This document shows positions 23,801 through 34,400 of a stretch of DNA of 64,000 nt, in pieces. The position numbers and the translations under genes were made by a program. The stretch's first letter is position 1. Each line of letters opens with the position of its first letter. The notes beneath the pieces were generated by a model. The model did no database searches and was not told where the DNA came from. It was given only the letters and a program-made list of their open reading frames with translations. Location of the stretch: the NCBI GenBank assembly GCA_051294905.1, contig CM119381.1:19220001-19284000 (forward strand). The letters are read 5' to 3'. The DNA comes from Botryllus schlosseri (lineage: Eukaryota).

Positions 23801-26800
23801 ATGAGTGAAATCGTCCGGCATTGAATCATAGCCAACTGATTTACAAAATAACGAAGTCACAACGCTATTCCATCTCATAGAAATGACAAAACGCTTCTAC
23901 AAGATACACCCCAGTCCGGAACCTCCGAACTGCAATTAAATCGCAGCCGGAAAAGAATAGTAACTTCGCTTTGGTGTGACGTCACAATGATTTCATGTTG
24001 TGCTTTCACTTGGCTCGGCATCAAAGTCCCTTTTCCACACTCACAGTGATTGACCAATTTTTTGATTGAAAGCTAAAGCAAGACTTAAACGTCTGACAAC
24101 CCAAGCCTCCCTCATATAATATAATGCATTTTAATTATTACCATGCTGCGTTTTTGGTAATGTATGAAGTTCTTACTATTTCCAACGGTATGGTTACCTA
24201 GGTATCGTATATACGGTAGTATAGACACTATTATATTTGCTTAAAATGGCGACATGATGCACAAAATGTTCAAGCCATGATAATATGAATAAAAGATTAG
24301 GATGACTAATCTGTTTGATGTCAACTTTGACAAAAAGGATTATGTGCATGTACATACTAAATAATTAGCTTCCTATTCTTTTGAAGAACATGATATTTTT
24401 CACTGCGAATCTGGTAATCGCGCCAAATCGCATTGCCTTCGAAGATATCGTCTCCATATTGCTGCGGATCCGATCCCATTACTATGTGCTAGCGGTGGTG
24501 TTCCTCTTTTGGTTGATATTCATTTTATCGTTCCTCTGGGCTCGAAGGTGAGATACATGTCTAATGAGCGGGCGATGTGTCTTTAAAATACTTGGTTCAG
24601 GGACGATTCGATCGATGCATCTATGAGAGAGATTCAGATTCCTGTAGACAGCAACCTTTCTTACAACCATCTTTACGAGGTTGTGATATCGACGGCCGTG
24701 TTCAGAGCGGCGGGAACTTCTGCAAAAGTACAGATTATGCTGGAAGGTATCATGTTACGCTACTTCGTTACGACTGGGCATTATTGCATTATCTATCTAT
24801 GCTGCTGATCGTGACGCCTATATCAGGAGAGTACGGAACTACCACGGATATCAATACCATCAGCACTGAAAATCATTCCACCCTGCAAAGATCAGGAAAG
24901 GATTCGTTTCTTATCGCTGCTCCGCAATCCCTTGGCCAAGTTGTGAAGATACACGTTTGGCACGACAATGGCGGTACGGTCTTAATGATATAGTGTGGTG
25001 GAGATACCTCTACCAGGCGTTGTATTTTCTTTCGAAACAGGCGAATATCCTTCTTGGCATTTGAACAGAGTGGCTGTATTTGACTTGCAAAACAAAGACC
25101 AACCGCCATCGTATTTTCTTGTCAACTCCTGGCTATCGCAAGACATCTATCCATTTCGGTGCCATTTGACAGCAAATGTATCGAAAGACTCGGAACTTTA
25201 TTCTTTTCGCACGATGTGGGGAACGTACGCATTCAGCGCTATGAGTGAGCGGGATGTTTGGCTGACAACGTTCTTCAAGTACATCACTAATTACAAATAT
25301 TGCACATTGATATCAAGAGCTTTTATTTAAATAGACCTCGAGGAAGTCAGTTCACGAGAATGAGAAGATTGGCTTGCCTGTCGACGGCGTTTTTCGGGAC
25401 AATGTTGGTTACAAATATGTTCATACAAGCGGGATCGCAAAATTATTATTTCTTCAACCTTGGCTTCGCGGAAATCGATCTCTCACCTATCATCATCGCT
25501 ATCGAAAGTATCGTCCTCACTGCACCGGTTCATCTTCTCCTTGTCTACGTATTCAAGTACGCCTAACTACCGCGGGCTTTCTGGCCAAGTATTCTAGTCT
25601 TGATAGGCAATGACAGACATAGATCGATCGATATGCCTGCATCTATGTTTTGCAGTCGGATTGAAACGGAAGAAGAGATAGAAATAAACAACGCCCTCGA
25701 AATGTACAACAATGGACAGCAGTTTACTGAGGAGACACGCGAGGCTTCGACTACCCCATATATTCAGAGGCCTCGCAAATATGAAAACGGCACATATTCA
25801 AGAGTGCGGGAATGCTACGTATTAACAAAAGAAGTGCACTCGTTGAGGAGATTAAATGAAGGTTGGCATATCAAATCGATGGCCTTTGCCTTTACCTCCC
25901 AAATATAAATTTCATCGTATAGATTCCTTATTTCGAAATGAGGTGAATTGAATATAAATTATTGTCTTGCAAGCATCCTTAGTGACCAATATATTACCGC
26001 AGCATTCACCATCACATTCGTGTCGTCCTGCATGATTTACGAATTTTGAGCCTACGTTGATCGTTTTTCCCATTGTCCCAATACGTTCAATAATTTACGA
26101 TTTTACAACGTTGATTGTTTTGTCTTATTGTACCGGAATGTCATTTCTTGCAGTCTCATTTATGTGTGCCATGATTGGTCATAGTACATTGCTGTGCCTG
26201 ATTTTTTGTTTAATAAACAACAACAGGAACCTTCGCAGTGCCCATAGAGAAAGTTTGTTCTGCAGGTAGCAACGACGGTTATGATAGTTCAGACGACGAC
26301 TTCGATATTCACGAAACATTGAGCGACTGCCTGGACATCAAAAGAATCGCAGAAGAAATCGCAGCAAAATGTCCGGCGAAGTCCGCTTCTCAAGAACAAA
26401 GAAAAGTCAGAGTGAGAATAGTCGAAGAAGAAATTTCCCAAAGCACAACATCGTTGTCCGAATTGATCGGCGTTGAAAAACACGAGGTTCACGACGGACA
26501 AGCCGTTTGGTACAAACGATTTCGCGCCAAAAGAATTCTTCGCGCTTTCAGAAGAAGAAACAGCAACACTGGCTCGTCCGGCTTAGTACAATCGATCAAC
26601 GACAACCTGTTTCCTCGAGAGAGTCCGTACGAAAATACTCTGAACGCCTTGGAAAATTTTGCTTCCCTGGTCAATACTATCGTATTCTTACCACGAACCA
26701 AAGGCGCGATTCCGGAATGGGTCGGCGGAATCGTGTGGTGTTTGACTTGGATCTATGTTATTGTATGTTCGATCATCAGTGTGCTCTATGGGCTATCGTT

Positions 26801-28904
26801 CGAACGGTCAAAGTTTCTCATGTGGCTCACAACTTTTTTGCTTTCGATAGTACAGAGCATACTGATCGCGGCTCCGTTGGAACGTTCCCTATTGGCCCTG
26901 TTGGCGGCCATGATAGGAAAGAAAAGCATACACATCGATCAATGGGCGGCATACACCGGCAAAGCACAACGAATACACGCCGTTGTGAAATGGCGACAAA
27001 TGCAACGCGAAGAAAGACTGCACGGCGATGCGTTCGCCCGAAGTGAATTGACGAGAGAATCTTCTGAAAAACTGAAAGGCGACACCTCGTCATACCCACC
27101 TCCGTTTCTAAGCATGATAAAACGAGGGAAACGTGCCTTAGCTGTGCGTCAAGTGAAGCGTTACTGGTACGAAACTTTCGTCTGGATCGTAATCGCGACA
27201 TTTGTGTCCATTCTCATAGCTTACCAGCGGAACCCCCAACTCCTAAGAATAAATCAAGGATTGGCGAAGAAGCTGCAATATGATTTGGGACAAGTATCCA
27301 CAAGAGATGATGTCTATGATTTCTTACAACACAACTTAATTCCAGTATTATTCAAAGAGGACGAAATATCGATGTTTCTACAATTCAAACTGCTTGGACC
27401 CATTCACATGCGTCAGTTGCGCTTTACGGGCTTCCGAGACTGTACCTGCGACAGTCGAATAGACGTGAGACAATGCAAGTGCCTGCCGCTGTATGGTCAC
27501 GCAATTTCCACCGAGTCTTACGACAGTATCAGCTACACAGACAGTTGGAGTAATCCCATTACGAACAATACCTCAACCATAGATTTTCATTCTCCTTTCA
27601 TATATCAGCAATGCGCGGAAAGTGAAACTGATTATCCTTTCGGTAGTAACCTGTACCGATCCTTTTACCTGTGTGGAGGATACACAGTGGATTTGGGATT
27701 CCAAGCAAAGCAGGCTTCCGCAATAATCAACTCATTAAAATATTCTGGTTGGATCGACCGGTTTTCCGCTGCGTTGATCGTGGAGTTTGCAATTCTCGAC
27801 ACGCCTAGTGGATACGCCACTCCATTCCTCTACGTGATGGAGTTCTTGCCGACAGGCGGGATACACGTGTTTCAGTACTCCACCAGCTACCGCCAATTCT
27901 ACATTTATGAAATGAAGGACCTGGCCGTGATCGGTCTTCAAATTCTGCACGTAGCCATCTCCATATATCTCGTATACTCGACGTTAACTGAATACTCCGA
28001 TGTTAAATGGAATCCTAAAGCGGTCGTAGGGATTTTCATGAATCCGTGGCATCTCATTCAAATTATTGTGGCCGCGATCACGTTCATAGCGTACGGCTAC
28101 TACCTGAAACATATAACAGTGGCGGAAACGTCAAGCGGGACGTTCAAAGCAGATCCGAGCAAGTTCGTCTCATTCCTGAACGCGGCTTACCATTTTGTCA
28201 CGTACACGAACTTGATCAGCGTGGGCGCGTTTCTGTGTTACGTCCGCCTGTTGAAGATCCTGCGTGGTAGCGAGTCCGTTGTAGTCATGCTTAATACGAT
28301 ATCTGTGGCCAGAGACGGCGTGGGAAACGTGGCGTTCCTTATCTCCGCTGTAACCGTAGGATTTGCACTCACCGGAATCGCTTCCTTGGCTTCTACCAGA
28401 CTCAATTTCCGACACTTCCCGACTGCATTTACAACACTAACTAGTGTCGGCGCGGGAATGGACGTGCCTCACCCGGAACACGGAGTTACGGAAGAAATTC
28501 TATGGAGCATTTACTTCCTGCTGTTCGCTATCTTCGTGCTGACTTTTTATGCGAACCTCTACGCGACAGTCATATCGGACGCGTTGTTTTTCACGAAAAA
28601 CGAAAACTCGAAAGAGACCTCATACCAAGTGGAGACGTTGGCGCTGCATTGGGTGTACGAAAAATTGGTGTCGCTGTTTGGTTTCAAGTCGAGGGCGTTC
28701 TCCGGTAAATCGATCAAGCTCAGGCCTCCGCCTGGGTCTGTGCTCAACAGAGATGACATCGCGAAGGAAATGAGATTATCGCTGACGGTGGACCCGGACG
28801 AAGGGCCAGCACAGAAAAGATTGCTGACTAGACGAGGGAGCACTAAATACAGAAAACTGACGAATCTGTCGCCCGAGAATGACGGAAACCCTCGCGTCAC
28901 ATAA
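14831..28904 (+). CDS. Polycystin-1/PKDREJ-like 11-TM protein, paralog A (signal peptide, PKD-like repeats, REJ, GAIN/GPS-like, TM1, PLAT, TOP, channel domain); roughly 2,700 aa by my estimate
   Basis: Signal peptide MRIRYLLLCSVYTGGVLLLIFASSTSA; PKD-like FRAAGRYVVKC and HEYSKPGIWKI; REJ features (CIFNC, CYIRPSSG, LLPKG); GPS-like CLVW...W...C...CEC; PLAT YEVVISTAVFRAAGTSAKV...WHDNG; FTRMRRLAC; TOP GGYTVDLG...WIDRFSAALIVEF; six C-terminal TM segments in the 26270-28904 exon. The exons I traced join in frame through GT-AG introns. Confidence 0.88.
19375..19900. mobile_element. Foldback/MITE: perfect 209-bp inverted repeat with 108-bp spacer, in an intron of paralog A
   Basis: 19375-19583 is the exact reverse complement of 19692-19900; ends read TA|TAGCTTTC...GAAAGCTA|TA. 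Confidence 0.9.
20190..20700 (+). pseudogene. Internally deleted DNA-transposase relic, CMC/Chapaev3-like
   Basis: N-terminal KPHILNQHELCDLV..LTKSNE*ILTLRLK is joined to the C-terminal AFKAFRDVVENFLVNKRSNEYKPLVNNMIEIYEKMKWGMSLKTHYLHFHLDFISSNMVDVSVEH block; stops and frameshifts present. Superfamily assignment is from recalled motifs. Confidence 0.65.
20956..21165. repeat. ~105-bp tandem duplication with a few substitutions
   Basis: ATTTTGTATTTTAGTGATTGGTTTGGAATAG...TTAATGCTTAT occurs twice (~20956 and 21061). Confidence 0.9.
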
Positions 28905-29814
28905 CGAAGTACTTCAGTGTTTTTGTATTTTATGCGAAGAGTAAATTTTAAAACCTGGGGTGAGTTATTGGTCTTCGATTTCTGCCATAGTGTATATCAT
29001 ATAGCAAGCCGACCTATGGCACTTCCCACTGCTTCGTTTGGTAACGAATGGATGACGTGTATGGATTGAATAGATAAGTAATGAGTAGTTTTAATAAACC
29101 ACTTGTTTTCCTTCGTTCCGACCCCTTATAATATCATAATCGCACACATAATATCTATAACTACATCATAATCGCACACGCTAATAATTATCACGCGTAC
29201 AAATTTACGATAATTAAGACCCGCAGGAGGCGCAGCGTCGAGAAACATTAAGCTTCTGCGGAGTGATATACCAACTATATATACATTTAAGGTTGCATTT
29301 AAAACAAGAAGTGTTGTATAATAATGTCATAATTGTGAAAATACTTTCAAAAAAGCATTTATAGTATATATGAGCCTTGGGACGTCTTGCATTAGACACA
29401 TAGTCAACAGATACGATATGGAATGGTTGGATGAATCGTCGAAATCATCGACATTGTACAGTAGGCGTACACTTGTACGTACAATATATATATATATATA
29501 TATATATCGACTTTTCAATTAGATTTGTACGTACAAATAGGCCTGTATAGAAGCAACGCAGAAAGAGAGAGATTAACTAGTGTCCCGTATTGAACACGTA
29601 ATCAGGTAATGGAGATAGCATAAGGCTATCAAATATCAACATCATCCGGTATACCTACAGGCCAGTTGGTATTAGTTGGTGATATATTGGAGTTTGTGGC
29701 CGGGTGATAATGGCATGTTTTCACAATTCCAAACAGAAATTATTCGTTGACATTACATTGTTCATATTTTTTAATATAGTATGCTTTATCAAGTTTTTTG
29801 TCTCTCATCATACC

Positions 29815-30168
29815 CAGGGTTGCATTTAAAACAAAAATCAATTTAAAACATGTTTATTTAAAGCCATCACGTCACAAATATTCAATTGTGACGTCACAAT
29901 GGATTGGCACTGATAATGGAAAATACAGCTCCTTCGACGAAATATCTACTATAATTGTTGAACCGACTATTTTGAGGGTTTCTAACCATCCCATATCAAT
30001 ATACGCCGGTTAACTCGGGTGGTAATTGTCCGGACGCTCATACAACATGTTTTTGGAAAGTATTTATACAATTATGGCATTATTTTACAACTTAATAAAC
30101 TTTAAAACTTTAAAGGTCTTTGTTTAAAACACTGTTTTAAAACACCGTTTGTTCTAATTGCAACCCTA
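29815..30168. mobile_element. hAT-type MITE between the two polycystin genes
   Basis: CAGGGTTGCAT...TTGCAACCCTA; perfect TSD ATCATACC (29807-29814, 30169-30176). Confidence 0.88.
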
Positions 30169-31402
30169 ATCATACCTATGTTGTCCAAATGGTAAGATTT
30201 GGCGCATCGCACAGTTACCCGACGTGAGCTTGTTCGGTGCTGCGCATCGTGAAGCAAGCTTATTGAGGTTAATCGGAAGCACGAATGAACTCAATATTGA
30301 ATTGTTCATATACTATGTTCATTCAACTAATAAATTGGTTCTTATCCTTTTCCAACCTGCGGAACACCTACGCAACGTAAGCCTTCGCGGAACGCCATAT
30401 TTTCGCGAGTCACGAAAAAGAAACAGAATATTGGCACACAAAATGAAATGTGCACCAACAGAGTGTTAAAGACCATTAAAATATAATTTTCACACAAAAC
30501 GAAAACATGATAATGAATATTTATTGCGAATAGGTGTCTCTTCTTCTGTTCCCATTCAGATACCAGTTGAGAATCGCGAGACTTCAGATTGGAAAGTGTA
30601 ATCATATTATCGGATCGAAACGCAATGCGTGATATCAATTGCCTAATTCGAAATGAGCTGATCAATATCGGAGATAAAATTTCTATTTCAGAAAGACAGG
30701 GTTTCGATATCGAACCCTGAGCATCCCCTACGTAATGCGTATACGTTACTTCAGTGCACACGACGTACCACCCAAAAGTATCGGGCCTAATACGCCAATG
30801 ATGGTCTATGTCAGGGGTCGGAAACCATTAATTTTCTAAAGAGCCATATTGGTCCTATTTTTTCCATTTTAACCTCCAACGAGCCATACATATACTTGTC
30901 AATCCACTGTCACGTCACAATTGAAATTCCGTGACATCATTTTATCACCATAATTCGAATTCACTATACATGGAATCCGTCGTGTGCGCCACATTTTCCC
31001 CGTAAAAGCTCGTACTAATCATGCTGGTTTCCTTATGTAAGCTTGAGCTTAAAACCTGAGTTACGAGAACGTAGTCTCGTCGTTACGTTCCTTTCAAATG
31101 CGAGAACCCATGATCACATGCGTATGTGTAGCCAAACATGGTCACTGCAGCAGCATATATCCATACCCACTCTAAGCTGTGAAACATCAGTGGCGTCGGG
31201 TCAGGGAAGGCAAGTGAGGCAGTCCCTCACCTGTCGTCAGGATGAGTGAACGAAAATTGTGAAACGTTTAATTGCTATTGGTATTTTCTATCGCACGGAA
31301 CACCAGTTGAAAACCACAGACGTTTCGAATAACAATTTGCTTGATTTTGTTCGGCGAATGTCGTTAATCGTTGATGTGATGTTTCTTCCGTATTAGATAT
31401 TC

Positions 31403-31410
31403 TGACGTCA
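31403..31410. promoter_or_regulatory. Perfect CRE octamer TGACGTCA upstream of polycystin paralog B
   Basis: Exact match ending 86 bp before ATG 31496; function not demonstrated. Confidence 0.35.
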
Positions 31411-31495
31411 TAAAGAAGAAAATTGGTCGCAAAAAAAAATTATTGGATTTTGTGACTTCATTACTGTCAGCCTACGGCTACAGTCTTGCTTCAGT

Positions 31496-34400
31496 ATGGG
31501 AAGAGAAAATTCGCTTACTTTTATAATCCTCTCTCTACGTGCTATATTCGCCGCCGCAAATGGATATGGGCCCATCGATTTATGCCCAGCTTCCACACCT
31601 ACGATTAACGACTCCGTGGTGGAGCTGAACCTCGATCCCGATGACACAAGCGACGCAATTGACTCAGCGACAGTCGTGGACAAAGTAGATAAAGTGTTTT
31701 ACCCGGGACACGATGTGCTCGAACTATCCATCTCTCAGGGACTGCCATGCGTGGTTGCCTGCAGAATTATATCTGATGAATGTGAAGTTGCAATTACTAT
31801 ACCTGATCAAATACTGGAGAAGTCGAAAAACCACGAGGTTTCAGTCAGTTTTGGAGCACCAGGATTGTATCGAGTTTCGTGTCTGTTCAAAAATAGAGGT
31901 GAGACAGTTCGCCGTGTGGAATATTTACTTGGTAGAAATTTAATCAACCTTAGCATAACAATAATAAAAATTTTGCGTGGGACATCAAGTCTAAAGCGAA
32001 GGCTTTCTTTCCAACTGGTTATATCATACGTGCGGTTAAAAATAGGAGTTAATAAAGGGCGACACAAAATATTTTTTCGTGGAGTTATTCCGATATTTTT
32101 AGAAGCTGACATTATTTATGCACTGCATTGAACTCTCTCCCTCTCTCTCTCTCCCCCCTCTCTCTCTTTCTCTCTCTCGGTGGCGACAGCCATCTTTTCC
32201 ATCAGTGGCTCAAAATTTGTTACTTCATATCCAACAGCGAACGCCATCAACTCTTCAAGAACCATAGTGGTTAGTCAAAGAATTCGTCCAGTTCAGGTGG
32301 ACTTGAAGACCGACAAAGCGATTCCAGTGGGTGGAGATGCTCGGGTATCCATCGCTCTTGGAATACTATGGTTCGGCGTAAAAGAATTGTCAGGCAACAG
32401 CCAGGTCTTCTGGGTGGATCCAGACGGAAAGTACCACGAAGACGAATCGCAACGATTTGAATTCACTAATATTTTTATGAGTGCAACATTCAATTATCAA
32501 TTGAGCCGGATTGGAAACCACCTTTTACGCATCAATTTATTTCTTCGTAGCTACTTGACAGTAGAAACGATGTACTTACAATACGTGTTGCCTCTACCGG
32601 CTGTTAAGGATAAAATCGAGCATATACTAGTTTTGGCGATATGCAAGACGATTGATGGGAAGAGCGAAACAGTACATATTGATCGTCCGTACGTAGAAGA
32701 GTTGTTAGTGCCCATCGATTCGACTGTGATGTTAAATAGTTCCTCTCGAAATATGGTTACTCAATGGACGTGGATGGAAATGGACCAAGTATTGTCGAGG
32801 ACCAATCAGTTCGAATTCGTCACCAACAGAAGTACGGAAATTACGATTTCAGCGAAAAATGAGGTTTCGCAACTACGATACTCGTTTCGGATAACCTGGT
32901 ACGCTCCAATGGAAGAACTAATACTGCATACCAACACGACAATCATTGGAGTCGGTGAAGCACCCGAATTTCACATCATTTTTACAAGTCTGCATGTCAA
33001 AGAACAAGCTCAGAACGGATATATTTTATCGATAACTATTTTGGATGCGGATGCTATAGTCGCTGTTCCTGAGAAAGATGAGCAGATTTCAAATGAGAGT
33101 GAAATCTGCCGTGCTGTGGAGGAAAGACCGATCCATGTCCAACCATTAGATGGCCTCAATAACAAACATGCTGTTATGTCTGTGTGTGAGTATCGCTTTT
33201 CTTACACCTTCAAGCGATATACATCGTATGATGTAACAGCGAAGATAAAGCATAAACTTAGTCATGAATATGAGACGAACAATTCTCACGCGTTTTTTCG
33301 AAGCAATCTGATTCTTATGTCGACGATCAAAGTGTGTGTTTCGGGATATGTTCGATGCCGACCTCCAGTAGTCACGATTACCAACCCGAAGTTAAACGGC
33401 ATCATCCAGTTCGAATACAGGACAGATGTTACGATTATCGGAAATTATCTCCCTCGGGAATGTTCCGATGATTACTTTCAGGCTCCTTCCGAGCTGCGGT
33501 TTTCGTGGGAAATCATCCGTTTGCTTGGGAACAATAAAGATGGTAGAAAAGGTATGTTCGACTTGGATGAAAAAATTTTCCCAATCCTGATGTTATTATC
33601 ATGTTAGCTAGCGATCAATGTAGTGCGACAAATTAAATAGACCTATTTCAAGGCGCCTAAAGGAATGGCACAGATATGGCGAGAACATACTGTAGTTCCG
33701 GAAGGTTGGTGCCTCGCCGTACTCCCCTGTCTCTCAGCTATACCCTTGATATAATTCCTCTTCATTTGACATTATGTGAGTCAAAAACGGAAAGGCGTAA
33801 ATTTAGAGGAGATAATGCCATTGGATGAATACATAAAGTAGGGTTACCATATTTGAGATCCTAAGAAGAGGGCACTTTTCAAAAATTCTGAAACCTCCAG
33901 CACCGGACAAGAAACCTGGTGATTTTGAAAAATTTTCAACCGATAGTGTGTTAACTAAAAAAAAAGTCCCGAATTATACCCGCTTTTTTACAACGATATG
34001 TGGTGCTTACTGAAAAAAACATCACTTTGACTCGGCCCAAAAACAGGATATTTAGGCGTCCTCCGAGGACACTTTCATTTTATTGAAAAACAGGACGTAT
34101 GGTAGCCCTACATAAGAGAACCGAGGGTAATGCACAAACCTGCAACTCGCTGGTTGTGGTTCGAAAGACTCGAATGATACATAATATATACAATTATACA
34201 TAAGTCAATCCAGTATCATATTACAGATTCACTAGCTCCTGACGAAACGTGGCCTATGATTGTCGCGGATGGCCTGGAATTCTTTCGTCCAAGTGAATCT
34301 GCAATGCCAGTCGGAGTGTATAAAGTTACACTGCTGCTACAGGAATCGGATTATTGTGGAGACCAGGCTGCTACAATCAAGGACTCGGCCTTATTAGAAA

